A stretch of 25,451 nt of DNA, from positions 1 to 25,451 of the IMG/VR virus record IMGVR_UViG_3300034349_000025; one strand, written 5' to 3'. The notes below the pieces were generated by a model, which worked only from the letters and a program-made list of their open reading frames with translations, made no database searches and had not been told where the DNA came from. Source of the stretch: a virus (Duplodnaviria; Caudoviricetes). The translations under genes were made by a program, and so were the position numbers. Of this stretch, positions 1-9,651 are shown piece by piece. Each line of letters starts with the position of its first letter. Positions within the stretch are counted from its first letter, which is position 1.

Positions 1-2
1 GG

Positions 3-146
3 ATTCAACTCTGGCAACATGGCACGTCCACTGCCGGTGATCCTGTCGTCTGGCATGATCAGGTACAGAACCTCAATTGCATCGAGCATAAGCTGAAAGA
101 AGGCTGGCTCCTCACCAAACCTGAACGCAAAGAGAAAGCGCAATGA
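3..146 (+). CDS. 3' end of a hypothetical protein (truncated by window start)
   Basis: Frame from position 3 is open (IQLWQHG...KPERKEKAQ*). Its TGA at 144-146 overlaps the next ATG (ATGA coupling). Confidence 0.7.
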   Translation: MQLWQHGTSTAGDPVVWHDQVQNLNCIEHKLKEGWLLTKPERKEKAQ

Positions 147-778
147 CCAACATCATCGCCACGATCCACTGTCATACCCGTGAAAGCCAACTGAAGGTGC
201 AGGATTACATCTGTAGTTCGCGTTACCTGATGATCCTCTCCAACGAGGGTGCTGATCTGCGGGTCACCAACAAACCTTTGTCCCATGCTGACTTCGATGC
301 GGTCATTGCACCGGGTAACAGCTTCGGTCAGATGGATGGCGGTTTCGATCAGGGTCTGGTGGATGCTTTCGGTCCGACTATCCAGGCTAACGTCAAGAAC
401 GGTATCCGGGGGTGGCACTACGGCGAACTGAACGTCGGCAGTGCGATTGTCGTACCGACCGGTGGGTTGAACATCCCCTATTGTGCTTATGCACCTACCA
501 TGCGGGTACCGTGCAAACTGCCGAAAGACAGTGACGTTCCGTACCTCGCTACCCGCGCCGGTCTGATCGAACTTATCCAATCACCGTATCTCAGCCGATT
601 GGAGACCGTCCGCGTATTGATCCCGTTGATGGGCGTAGGTACTGGTGGTCTGGAAGTCGACTACGTGTGCAGCCAGATTCAAATGGCAGTCCGCAGTGCT
701 CTGGCAGCGCATCGTGCAACCATCCCTAACCTAGAAGCGGGTCAGATCTACGACTCCCTAATCCGTCACAGTAAGTAA
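143..778 (+). CDS. Macrodomain (Appr-1''-p processing / ADP-ribose-binding) protein
   Basis: DAVIAPGNSFGQMDGGFD, APTMRVP and PLMGVGTGG match the macrodomain NxxxxxxGG and P..GTG loops. Confidence 0.85.
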   Translation: MTNIIATIHCHTRESQLKVQDYICSSRYLMILSNEGADLRVTNKPLSHADFDAVIAPGNSFGQMDGGFDQGLVDAFGPTIQANVKNGIRGWHYGELNVGSAIVVPTGGLNIPYCAYAPTMRVPCKLPKDSDVPYLATRAGLIELIQSPYLSRLETVRVLIPLMGVGTGGLEVDYVCSQIQMAVRSALAAHRATIPNLEAGQIYDSLIRHSK

Positions 779-794
779 CCCGAGGTCTCAACCC

Positions 795-1316
795 ATGGCA
801 ACGCTCAAAGAGAAAGTCGTACACGCTACCTTGCATTTCGTTTTCGTGTACTCGGTCGTGCTGTTCATGAAAGTCTGGTTCCCCGTCAATGACTTCTTCC
901 GCCGTCTCTGGTGGAAAGCATGGGGTCACGAGCCTAAGGGCGATCCTAACTTTCACCTGAGTCAGATGACGTTTGATCATCACTTCGGTAACCGTATCAG
1001 AATCAGTTCATCGGTGCATGCGCTGGTTACGTTCCTGTACGGTGAGAAGAACGTGCTGGACAGTAAAGCTTACCTCCAGATGAACCAGTACTTGAACTTC
1101 AAGTACCAGCCGTACGATGTTCACGAAGCAGTTGCCGCTCTGTGGAAAGAGCAGTTCGTTGGTCTCGCAGTCCTGCGCTGGGTAATGAAGGTTGACAACT
1201 TCTCTCAAGAGCGTATCGACAAGGTACGGGCATTCAACCCAGCGTTCAGCGAGTTCTACGATACCCTCATCGTGACTGAACTCCACAAGCCAGTAGAAGA
1301 AACACCGGCGGAGTAA
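795..1316 (+). CDS. Hypothetical protein with N-terminal hydrophobic segment
   Basis: 173 aa ORF with GAGG RBS, in tandem with its neighbours. Confidence 0.8.
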   Translation: MATLKEKVVHATLHFVFVYSVVLFMKVWFPVNDFFRRLWWKAWGHEPKGDPNFHLSQMTFDHHFGNRIRISSSVHALVTFLYGEKNVLDSKAYLQMNQYLNFKYQPYDVHEAVAALWKEQFVGLAVLRWVMKVDNFSQERIDKVRAFNPAFSEFYDTLIVTELHKPVEETPAE

Positions 1317-1367
1317 TCCGCTGTTGTACAACCCTCGTTTACCAACACTCTATCAAGGAAGCTAACC

Positions 1368-2102
1368 ATGACCACAGAAATCAAACGACCACGTGCACTC
1401 GCTGATGAAGTAACCCCTGAGCAAGTTGGCATCTACGTCGGCGATGACCTGAAACTTGACCCGGCTAATCCGCACAACATCCGCAAAGAGAGCTTCCCGG
1501 TCCCTGAGCCTACGGACCCTGCATCTGGTCAGGTGGACGGCGAACCGACCAACGACCCGAAAGAGTTCGACGCTCGGTTGATGCCAGAACCTGAAGCCGG
1601 TCCGCTGGAACTGCCACCTAGCGATGCAGGGTACTTGGCTCGTGAGAAACTGAAGGTCAAAGATCGCAGTCTCCGTGCCCGTGCCCGTCGCATGTGGAAC
1701 TGGATCAAGTTCATCTGCTTCCTGGCTATCCTGGCTGCTGGTGCGCTGCTGTACTGGCAGTACACCGTGCGTAAGCACACCTACGTTGTCGAGCCTCGTA
1801 TCTGCTTCTTCGAGACGGCTGACAAACAAGTCCGTCTGACCGGTACACGTTACTACTCCTACACCCAGAACGAAATGCTCGGGGTGCGGTGGGCTCATAA
1901 CGACGATACGCAGGTCAAGACCGAACTGGACATCAAGGGCAGTGCCATGGTCATTGCCAGCCTGGGCGGTCCTGATGGCCCAACCTCCAAGTACATCTCC
2001 AACGGCGAACTCGGCAAAGAAGTCTTGCCGGTTGCTGAAACCTACGTGATCACATTCGACAAGCGGTCTGTCGTATTGAATGCGAGCACCTTCTGCCGAT
2101 AG
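1368..2102 (+). CDS. Hypothetical single-pass membrane protein
   Basis: AAGGA RBS, P/E-rich N-terminus, basic patch followed by TM segment WIKFICFLAILAAGALLYW. Confidence 0.8.
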   Translation: MTTEIKRPRALADEVTPEQVGIYVGDDLKLDPANPHNIRKESFPVPEPTDPASGQVDGEPTNDPKEFDARLMPEPEAGPLELPPSDAGYLAREKLKVKDRSLRARARRMWNWIKFICFLAILAAGALLYWQYTVRKHTYVVEPRICFFETADKQVRLTGTRYYSYTQNEMLGVRWAHNDDTQVKTELDIKGSAMVIASLGGPDGPTSKYISNGELGKEVLPVAETYVITFDKRSVVLNASTFCR

Positions 2103-2109
2103 GTGATTC

Positions 2110-3126
2110 ATGTCGCACTACTTAGCTTACGTGTATGGGCCAAAGGACAAAGAGACTTTGGCTCGTGTAATGAGGCCGTACAACGAACAATGGGAGTGCC
2201 CAGAGACGGGCGGCTTGCCTCCTGAGCTGGTGGTCTTGGAGAACGTACCGGTGATGACGTTGGAGACTTCGCTCTTCGACATGATCCAGGCGTTCCGCAA
2301 GGTCACCGACAAGAAGGCCAACTACAACAAGTGCCGTCCGATTGTCTTGGTGGACGATGCGTACGATTACATCGACGTGTCCTCGCTGCGGGAACTGGAT
2401 GCGTTCGTCATCAGTTACGACCTTGACAGCAAGAAAGCCACAGCCAAGGTCGTGGTCTCTCGAGCGTTCTGGGACTGGTGGGTTGTCGGTGGTCGTTGGC
2501 CCATCCAGTTTGAAGCTAAACAGTATTTGTTTGGGTTAGCGAGCAACGTGATCGGTCCGGCCGAAGTCAGTTGGGCGGTGGATAAAGAAGCCTTGGCTGA
2601 GAAGCAGCCAGGTCGGTACACATCCCTTAAGGTCGGCGACATTGATTGGAAGAAAGCCAAACGCGAGCGTGTCAAGTATGCGCTTGAAGTGTGGGAAGTT
2701 ATCCACAAAGCCGATCCAACCCTTGAGCGTGCTGCCAACATCCTCAAACGCATGAACCTCCCCAAAGGTGCACGTTACTACTCCTTCGACCATGAAGAGT
2801 ACGACGCATGGCACAAGAAGGTCATTGCGATTGTCCAAGCCTCGTTGCCTAACTGGATGGAAGGGATGTTCTCGCCGTATGACGTAGCGGGCATGACTCG
2901 TCGGGAACTTATCCGTTACGCTATCGCTCGCACTTACATCGCGGCGATTGGGGTCTTCTACGAAGAAGGGTATAACGAAAAGGCTGGTGGGGCTTTCACT
3001 CAGACCACTGTGTACGACTGGAGCTTCTTTGAGCACCCAACTGACAAAGAAGTTAAAGAAGTCTGGCACCGTGTCCGTAAACTTAAGCCGTCCACAGTAG
3101 TTACTGCGGTCGACATCCACAACTAA
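2110..3126 (+). CDS. Hypothetical phage protein (WDW...GGRW and C-terminal VDIH motifs)
   Basis: 338 aa ORF with AGGTG RBS. The motif pattern is one I recall from uncharacterised phage proteins. Confidence 0.8.
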   Translation: MSHYLAYVYGPKDKETLARVMRPYNEQWECPETGGLPPELVVLENVPVMTLETSLFDMIQAFRKVTDKKANYNKCRPIVLVDDAYDYIDVSSLRELDAFVISYDLDSKKATAKVVVSRAFWDWWVVGGRWPIQFEAKQYLFGLASNVIGPAEVSWAVDKEALAEKQPGRYTSLKVGDIDWKKAKRERVKYALEVWEVIHKADPTLERAANILKRMNLPKGARYYSFDHEEYDAWHKKVIAIVQASLPNWMEGMFSPYDVAGMTRRELIRYAIARTYIAAIGVFYEEGYNEKAGGAFTQTTVYDWSFFEHPTDKEVKEVWHRVRKLKPSTVVTAVDIHN

Positions 3127-3135
3127 GGAGTTTTC

Positions 3136-3441
3136 ATGAGTACTACATCTTATCTGATCAGCTTGCTGGTTCCAGGCGATGACCTGAAGTTCGTGATGCA
3201 AAGTGAAGGTCACTTCGTACTGGGCGGCGACTTCTCTCAAGCCTCTTCTTGGCCGACAATTGAAGAAGCTAAAGTAGTCCGTGATGCATTCGCGGACTCG
3301 CTCCGTGAACAGGGTTACCGCACGGCATTGGGTGGCGAAGCCTTGGGTGATCCTGAAGACCCAGCTTCGAAAGCAGCGATGTTCACCATCCTGCGTTCCA
3401 CGCTTGAGCCCGCGTTGACGTCGGTGTTGATCAAGGACTAA
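3136..3441 (+). CDS. Hypothetical protein
   Basis: AAGGAG RBS, 101 aa, followed by a terminator. Confidence 0.8.
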   Translation: MSTTSYLISLLVPGDDLKFVMQSEGHFVLGGDFSQASSWPTIEEAKVVRDAFADSLREQGYRTALGGEALGDPEDPASKAAMFTILRSTLEPALTSVLIKD

Positions 3442-3450
3442 CCGCATAGA

Positions 3451-3489
3451 CCAGAGGGGGAAACCCCTCTGGCTCTTATTTCTTCTTTT
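3451..3489 (+). terminator. Intrinsic terminator
   Basis: CCAGAGGGG-GAAA-CCCCTCTGG followed by a T-rich tract. Confidence 0.8.
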
Positions 3490-3499
3490 GGAGTGACAC

Positions 3500-4009
3500 A
3501 TGCACGGCGACCATAACATCGAAAAACTGGAACTGTTTGAGAAAGTCTACGAGTTCCTTGGGCACTACGTCTTCAACAATGAGTTCGCGTTGGGTGGACA
3601 TTACTTCGACACGATCGAAGAGTACGTCGACGTGATCCGAATCAACACTGGTGTTACTCGTCCTAACAAACCGGACTTGTTCTCCTGCATGTTCAAAGCT
3701 CACCTGACCGCACACCAGTCCCCGTTCAAAGTCGACACCGTGATCTGGTTCGCTCGTACGGCCGGCATGGACATGCACGCTTACCGGGCGATCACGCCTG
3801 ACCGCGAATACATCGGTAACGACGTAGCGCATCTGGAAATCCCTATCAAGGATGGCGAGATCAACTTTGCCATCGGCGAGACTGCTTCCATGATGAAGCT
3901 GTTACTGATGAAAGATGTCATCATGGACACCCAGGAGTTCATCGATCCCGTGAATGCGAAGATCTACAGCATTTTCGGTTCTGCGGAACTTGACCTATCT
4001 TTGGTATGA
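3500..4009 (+). CDS. Hypothetical protein
   Basis: GGAG RBS, 169 aa. Confidence 0.8.
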   Translation: MHGDHNIEKLELFEKVYEFLGHYVFNNEFALGGHYFDTIEEYVDVIRINTGVTRPNKPDLFSCMFKAHLTAHQSPFKVDTVIWFARTAGMDMHAYRAITPDREYIGNDVAHLEIPIKDGEINFAIGETASMMKLLLMKDVIMDTQEFIDPVNAKIYSIFGSAELDLSLV

Positions 4010-4030
4010 CAACACTTTAAGGAGCCTACC

Positions 4031-4558
4031 ATGGCACAGTCATTGATCAAGCTCATCCCGGTGCCATCCTTCGGGGACGATAAGCAGTTCTACGGCTGCG
4101 AGATCAACGGGAAGCGGTACAAGGTGGAGCCTCGTAACCATCTCGACCACAGATCACCCGACGTGGGCATCCCTGTACGGGTGAATGGTATTCGCCATAA
4201 GCTCTATAGCGAGTACAACGTCCACCACCGTGCTCATCAGATCTACCTGTACGCCGAGATCGGCCCGTACAAGGGTTACAAAGGTCCTCGCCTGATCCGG
4301 CAGCACTTCGAAGTCACCCACAAAGTCTTTGCTGAGCATTTCAACATCGTCATGTGGAAGCGTGAGAACGGTTCAGTCTGGGTATGTCGTGTCCAGACCA
4401 TGAAGGCGGTTGAAGAGCACATGACCGATGGCTGGGAACTCGATATTCCCGTGGATCGACAGACCGACAAGAAGTTCATTACGGTTACTCGCGATGGACG
4501 GGGCGTGGTTGAGCTGAATCCGCACTACATAAAGCCAGTTGAGGTTGCAACACCATGA
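4031..4558 (+). CDS. Hypothetical protein
   Basis: AAGGAG RBS, 175 aa, ATGA overlap with the next gene. Confidence 0.8.
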   Translation: MAQSLIKLIPVPSFGDDKQFYGCEINGKRYKVEPRNHLDHRSPDVGIPVRVNGIRHKLYSEYNVHHRAHQIYLYAEIGPYKGYKGPRLIRQHFEVTHKVFAEHFNIVMWKRENGSVWVCRVQTMKAVEEHMTDGWELDIPVDRQTDKKFITVTRDGRGVVELNPHYIKPVEVATP

Positions 4559-4938
4559 GTGTAGGGCCGTCCAGATGGTTGTACCCCCTAACGGGACGCT
4601 GCAAACGGCCAGCTTTGGTGAAAGAAGGCTGCCTTGTACTCGAACATGAGGGTACAGGGCGCTTCTACGTCACTGAGAGCCTCTCTGTCAGCGAAGAAGC
4701 AGACAAACAGCTCAAGCTACTGGTCGAAGGTAAGCATCCCTGTAAGCTATTCAACGAGCTTGTGGGTAAAGACACCGAAATCCGTGTCACTGAGCACCCC
4801 TGTAAGCCAAAGACGACCCGTAAGAAGCTTTACGAGGCGTTGTTGGTCAGTTCAACCGACTATCTTTGCCTGAATCCGGAAATCTATGACCTCCACAAGC
4901 GAAAACGCCGTCGAAGAAGCAATCCAAAAGGCGCTTGA
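4555..4938 (+). CDS. Degenerate GIY-YIG-like protein
   Basis: GCLVLEHEGTGRFYVTES...LLVEGKHPCKLFNE resembles GIY...tgkfYIGSS...L..gkH.n..Lq. GAGG RBS, basic C-terminal tail. Confidence 0.55.
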   Translation: MSVGPSRWLYPLTGRCKRPALVKEGCLVLEHEGTGRFYVTESLSVSEEADKQLKLLVEGKHPCKLFNELVGKDTEIRVTEHPCKPKTTRKKLYEALLVSSTDYLCLNPEIYDLHKRKRRRRSNPKGA

Positions 4939-5125
4939 AGCCCCTACGTTGATTGACGCCATCCATTCCATCACCGCATGGGAACATAACCGGTCCTTGG
5001 AAGACTTTCTGCAAACCGGTAAGCGTCGGGACAGCTTCAAACTGCTTCAAGAACAAACCATCCGGCGTTTTCAAGCGCTGGATCGCAGCATTCACCACCT
5101 CGGGAGCCACCGTGATGTCGCCTGA
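4886..5125 (+). CDS. Small hypothetical protein
   Basis: 79 aa helical-looking ORF that fills the gap before the SspB-like gene and overlaps both neighbours. Confidence 0.55.
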   Translation: MTSTSENAVEEAIQKALEAPTLIDAIHSITAWEHNRSLEDFLQTGKRRDSFKLLQEQTIRRFQALDRSIHHLGSHRDVA

Positions 5126-5597
5126 AGAAGATCGTCGCCTTTATCTGCAACACATGTTCACCGCACTGCGTCATTACTGCTTGGCAGTGACTGGTAAGGT
5201 GCATGCTTTCACCTACCCGGCCTTCTTTGAGAAGTACGACGTCCTGAAACCGCACATCCGCGATTACGATGGCTTTAAGCTGGTTGCGTTGAACCTGGCT
5301 GACGAAGCTGTTCGTGATCTGGAGTTCTGTGAAGACGGCATCTTCTTCCGTGCACGCTTCAGTGGCGTAGCGCATGAGTTCTACGTGCCGTTTGACCAGA
5401 TCCAAGGGTTGACCAACTGCCGTGACGGCGTGATCCACCGTCTTGCCATTGCACCCACTGCCATGATCCGTAATGGCGTGGACTACATGGTCATGATGGA
5501 CTACTCGATTGGGCAGAACACAGCGAACTACGCTGACCCTACTCCACCCGAGCCACCTAAACCAGAACGTCCGTCGTTCCTTAAAGTGGTCAAGTGA
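5115..5597 (+). CDS. sspB: SspB-like ClpXP adaptor (stringent starvation protein B)
   Basis: LNLADEAVRDLEF...FRARFSGVAHEFYVP core, Pro-rich linker and C-terminal RPSFLKVVK (cf. SspB RPALRVVK ClpX-binding tail). Start moved to ATG 5115 behind GGAG. Confidence 0.85.
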   Translation: MSPEEDRRLYLQHMFTALRHYCLAVTGKVHAFTYPAFFEKYDVLKPHIRDYDGFKLVALNLADEAVRDLEFCEDGIFFRARFSGVAHEFYVPFDQIQGLTNCRDGVIHRLAIAPTAMIRNGVDYMVMMDYSIGQNTANYADPTPPEPPKPERPSFLKVVK

Positions 5598-5602
5598 CAG
5601 AC

Positions 5603-5633
5603 TCCGGGAGGCTACGGCCTCCCGGATATGCCG
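5603..5633 (+). terminator. Hairpin + TATGCCG element
   Basis: TCCGGGAGGC-TACG-GCCTCCCGGA then TATGCCG. Confidence 0.7.
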
Positions 5634-5635
5634 CC

Positions 5636-5671
5636 TTTAACTTTTATCTGGCGCTACATTATCCTTGTGAA
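5636..5671 (+). promoter_or_regulatory. Putative phage promoter (TACATT-N6-GTGAA, AACTTT subclass)
   Basis: TACATT at 5655, GTGAA at 5667. The motif recurs at five intergenic sites. Confidence 0.65.
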
Positions 5672-5746
5672 TAGCACAGGAGATAGTCATTTAGAAAAAA
5701 CCACTGTCATTGTTTGATGCGGCAATAACCATTCTAAGGAACTCTC

Positions 5747-7783
5747 ATGGAAACGCCCGAGAGCTTAAAACTGCTGCACGATTCGTACGCTGTCCTACGG
5801 GATACAATCGTGCACCTAAACAAACGGTACCACGAAGACAGTGTCAGTGAAGTCACTGACCCCGTGTATGATGAGCTGAAGAAAGAACTCATCCAGTACG
5901 AAGAGGTTCTGGGCATTGATGACCCTACCTCTCCGACCAAGACCATCGGTTACACCACTGGCTCTAACGGGTTTGAGGTGGTCAAGCACATTACCCCGAT
6001 GCGCAGCCTCGACAACGTCTTCAACATTGAAGAGTTGATGGAGTGGGATGACACGATCATCGCCGAGGGTGCCGAAGTTGTAATGGAGCCCAAGGTTGAC
6101 GGTCTCAGTCTGAACCTGCTGTACCTCAACGGCTTCCTGAAGTCGGCTACCACGCGTGGTGACGGTTTTGAAGGCGAGGATGTAACCCAGAACGCAATTA
6201 ATGTCTGGGGTGTGCAGACGAGTCTTGGCAACAGTGTTCACCCTGACAGCCGCATTGAAGTCCGCGGTGAGGTCAAGGTTGACAAGAAGGTCTTCAAAGA
6301 GATCAACGATGCCAACCGTGAAGCGGGTAAGAAGACGTATGCCAACCCTCGCAACTATGCAGCAGGGTCGCTACGTCTGAAAGACCCTGATGAGGTGATC
6401 CATCGCCGCCTGAGTTTTGTGGCGTATGACTACATCCTCGACTTCCCGGAGAAGTACTTCCTCGGTACAGGTTCCCATGACCTGCTGTATCAGTGGGGCT
6501 TCAAGACCACCACCCCGGTCCCAGTGATCTTTGACCGCATGAGGCTTACTCGTGAAGAGCGTAAAGCACTCTACGAGCAAATACTGATTCGTGCGGCTGA
6601 ACAGCGTTCTGAGTGGCCGTATGAAATTGACGGCATGGTCTTCAAGGTCGGTCAGTTGGCGCTTCGACAAGCCATGGGGTCTCGCAGTAACTCTCCTCGG
6701 TGGGCTACGGCGTACAAGTTCCCGGCTGAAGAAGCAGTCTCTATCTTCTTTGGGGCTAAGTTCCAAGTCGGTAAGAGTGGTGTGATTACACCCGTGGCTA
6801 CTATCCGTCCTGTCCACATCTGTGGCGTGACCGTGAGCAGTCCGACGTTGCACAACTTTGCTGAGATCGAACGTCTAGGTCTCATGGTGGGCGACCACAT
6901 CATCGTTAGTCGTCGGGGCGATGTGATCCCGAAGATCGAATCCGTGATCACCGACTTACGTTCTGCTGAATGTATCCCATTGGAATACCCAACACACTGT
7001 CCGTCGTGCGAGTGTGAGCTGGTGCGTGAGAACCACTCGCTTTACTGTCCGAACAACAGCGGGTGTCCAGACCAAGCCGTGGCACGTCTGGTGCATTTCG
7101 TGAGTCGTGATGGCATGAACATCAAAGACTTGGGTGAAGCGGGTATCACCGAACTGGTGAAGCATGGGTTGGTAGGATCGTTCTCGTCCCTGTTCTACTT
7201 GGGCGATGAAGATCTCAAGTTGGTGTACCCAAACTCAGAGATCACTCGCAAGAAGGTACTGAAGAACATCCAGGCTGCGAAGACTCAGCCACTGCGTAAG
7301 GTCATCTTTGCTGTAGGGATGCCGGGTGTAGGGGAAGGGACAGCTGAACGGTTGGCTATGAACTATAAAACGTTCGAGCAGATCTGTGACGCTACCTTCG
7401 AAGAGCTGAAAAGTATCCCGGACATTGGCCCAGACACGGCTCAAGCTGTTATTGATGCGTGTGCAGCTAACCGTCGTGAGTATTTATCTTACGACAAGCT
7501 CTTCACTTATGTAGAGGATGCACCGGCTGACCCTTCTATCGTCCGTGACTTGGAAGGTAAGCGAGTGGTTGTGACAGGGGGTTCGTTTGACGGCCTGAGC
7601 CGCAGTCAGATGGAAACCAATGTCAAAGCACGCGGTGGGCGGTTGACCTCTACCATCAGTCCTAACTTGGACATTCTTTACGCCGGTACTGGAGCAGGTC
7701 CTGAGAAGGTCAAGAAGGCTATCAAGCTGGGCTTCGTACAAGACGGCATTATGTTTGTGAATCCACAGGGGATCTCAGAATGA
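5747..7783 (+). CDS. ligA: NAD+-dependent DNA ligase
   Basis: KVDG adenylation motif, EVRGEV, NPRN.AAGSLR, DGMVFK, AYKFPA, OB fold, CPSC...C...C zinc finger, HhH repeats, C-terminal BRCT. Confidence 0.97.
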   Translation: METPESLKLLHDSYAVLRDTIVHLNKRYHEDSVSEVTDPVYDELKKELIQYEEVLGIDDPTSPTKTIGYTTGSNGFEVVKHITPMRSLDNVFNIEELMEWDDTIIAEGAEVVMEPKVDGLSLNLLYLNGFLKSATTRGDGFEGEDVTQNAINVWGVQTSLGNSVHPDSRIEVRGEVKVDKKVFKEINDANREAGKKTYANPRNYAAGSLRLKDPDEVIHRRLSFVAYDYILDFPEKYFLGTGSHDLLYQWGFKTTTPVPVIFDRMRLTREERKALYEQILIRAAEQRSEWPYEIDGMVFKVGQLALRQAMGSRSNSPRWATAYKFPAEEAVSIFFGAKFQVGKSGVITPVATIRPVHICGVTVSSPTLHNFAEIERLGLMVGDHIIVSRRGDVIPKIESVITDLRSAECIPLEYPTHCPSCECELVRENHSLYCPNNSGCPDQAVARLVHFVSRDGMNIKDLGEAGITELVKHGLVGSFSSLFYLGDEDLKLVYPNSEITRKKVLKNIQAAKTQPLRKVIFAVGMPGVGEGTAERLAMNYKTFEQICDATFEELKSIPDIGPDTAQAVIDACAANRREYLSYDKLFTYVEDAPADPSIVRDLEGKRVVVTGGSFDGLSRSQMETNVKARGGRLTSTISPNLDILYAGTGAGPEKVKKAIKLGFVQDGIMFVNPQGISE

Positions 7784-8229
7784 AACTGACTGTAAATGAT
7801 GTTGTGGCAAAAGCACCTGACCTTACACGTGCACTGGGTTGGGGCGAAGTGCGATTGGCTCCGGGCTTGTTCCGTGACCTGATCACTCTCTGCGCTCGTA
7901 AAAGCGAAGCGTCCAAGTACGCGTTCGCTGTGAACGTGGAGATGGCCAACTTCATCAACGGCGACGACCAGTGCGTCATTACGCTGAGCGGCGAATACCG
8001 TCCAGCAGTGCAACAAGGTTCGCGGATCGGTTCCTACCAAGGTTCCGACATGCACGTGTTCGACCAAGTCACCGACAAGGATTGCTTGATGATCCTCTGC
8101 CTGGACGATGAAGACAACGTGGTGCACATCGAAGTCAGTCTGCTCAAGCCGGCTGAGAACCAGGTCAACTTGGTGCCAGTGGTGACCCGCGATAACGTGA
8201 AAGCGTTGAACGGTAACTTCACCGAGTAA
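7780..8229 (+). CDS. Hypothetical protein
   Basis: 149 aa, ATGA-coupled to the ligase gene. Confidence 0.8.
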   Translation: MKLTVNDVVAKAPDLTRALGWGEVRLAPGLFRDLITLCARKSEASKYAFAVNVEMANFINGDDQCVITLSGEYRPAVQQGSRIGSYQGSDMHVFDQVTDKDCLMILCLDDEDNVVHIEVSLLKPAENQVNLVPVVTRDNVKALNGNFTE

Positions 8230-8246
8230 TCGCTGTCAGTGTAGGG

Positions 8247-8287
8247 TTCAATTCGAATTGTTTTGAACCCTACATTGTACATGTGAA
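8247..8287 (+). promoter_or_regulatory. Putative phage promoter (TTCAATTCGAA subclass)
   Basis: TTCAATTCGAA at 8247, TACATT at 8271, GTGAA at 8283. Confidence 0.65.
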
Positions 8288-8315
8288 TCTAACCCACTGT
8301 TCAAGGAACTGCATC

Positions 8316-9584
8316 ATGTCGAACCCAACCTACGCTAACATCTTCAACATCCTGAAACCAATCGAAGCAATGACCGAACGCAAGTCCGGTTACTTCAGCT
8401 TCTCTGCATCTGGCAAAGACCAGAACCTGACTTTCCGTTTGAACTTCGGTCGTGATGACCGTGGCGCCATCAAGTACGAGCTGCTGGAAGAAGGCGAGCG
8501 TAATGCGCTGGAACCTCTGATGGTCGCTGGCCGTCCGAACTGCATCATTGATAAAGACGTCACCGCTATCGCTGAGCAGATGGAGGTGCTGGAAGTGTCC
8601 AAAGGCGTGACTGACGTGATCGTGGCGATCGTCGAAGGTCTGCGTCGTATGGAAGTCGTAGCCCCTGTGTTCGCTCTGAACAAGGCTGTCGACACCAAGA
8701 ACACCAACCGTGCTGAATACGTCTTCGGCATCGCGGCTTATCTGCTGGATGATCTGTACCAGCCAGTGGGTCGCATCTCGCTCAGCATCACGGTCTTCAA
8801 GATGTCGCAACTGGAGAAGACTGCCAATCTGATCCGCAAGGCACACGCCGAACGTGACGCTGAAGAAGCCGGCATCGCTAAAGACGTGGTCGTCACCGAT
8901 GGCGGCAACGAGCGTTACAAGATCACTGCGATGATCCAGCCGGGCTCTCCAGCGATGGAGCAGTTGATGGCCAAGCAGAACCCTGAAACTGTGCAAGCAG
9001 TCGAAGAGTTCGCCGAACTGGTCAACAACAAACTGCCGTTGAAGCTGCCTCTAGCGGATATCGTCGACACCGAACCACGTGAAGCTCTGTCTGATCAAAG
9101 CCCGATCGCGGAACCGAAGATGCTTGACGGCTACCGTCTTACTGAGGAAGGAGTCCGTTATAGACTCACCGAGGCAGGTGTTCCAACTACCCTCGCTCCA
9201 GGTGAGCTGCATTTCCAACCGGTCGATGAGAATGGGTTGATCCTGCAAGGCACTGTCAAAGCGAACGTTCCAGACGAAGCCGATCCGTACACCTACGGGA
9301 CTGAATCGGTCAGTATCACGCCGAGCTTGTTGTACGCTCTGCATGAGAATACTCCAAAGTTCAATCTGACAAACGCCGAGTCCGGTCTCGATGCTGAGAA
9401 CCTCAGCAAATTGGCCGAATACACTGAACAGACCAAGCGTCTGCACATCACACCAGATCCTACTGCGGAAATGGGCTACACCGCCACCGTACAAAACGGC
9501 GACATTGGTGTCGTCGACAAGGGCTACAAGCTCACCGACATGCACGGTGATCGTGGAGTTATCGTACCCGTTAGCAAAGACTAA
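8316..9584 (+). CDS. Hypothetical protein (422 aa)
   Basis: ATG 8316 behind AAGGA, strong codon bias, followed by a terminator. Confidence 0.85.
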   Translation: MSNPTYANIFNILKPIEAMTERKSGYFSFSASGKDQNLTFRLNFGRDDRGAIKYELLEEGERNALEPLMVAGRPNCIIDKDVTAIAEQMEVLEVSKGVTDVIVAIVEGLRRMEVVAPVFALNKAVDTKNTNRAEYVFGIAAYLLDDLYQPVGRISLSITVFKMSQLEKTANLIRKAHAERDAEEAGIAKDVVVTDGGNERYKITAMIQPGSPAMEQLMAKQNPETVQAVEEFAELVNNKLPLKLPLADIVDTEPREALSDQSPIAEPKMLDGYRLTEEGVRYRLTEAGVPTTLAPGELHFQPVDENGLILQGTVKANVPDEADPYTYGTESVSITPSLLYALHENTPKFNLTNAESGLDAENLSKLAEYTEQTKRLHITPDPTAEMGYTATVQNGDIGVVDKGYKLTDMHGDRGVIVPVSKD

Positions 9585-9603
9585 CGTTTGTGCGTACCAA
9601 TGG

Positions 9604-9629
9604 AGGAGCCTTCGGGCTCCTTTCTTTTT
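9604..9629 (+). terminator. Intrinsic terminator
   Basis: AGGAGCC-TTCG-GGCTCCT followed by TTCTTTTT. Confidence 0.85.
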
Positions 9630-9651
9630 ATGTAGAAGGGGGAACTGATAC

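Noticed and set aside
4953-5114. N-terminal extension of the SspB-like ORF
   Set aside because: SspB similarity and the RBS start at ATG 5115, and the upstream part is occupied by another frame.
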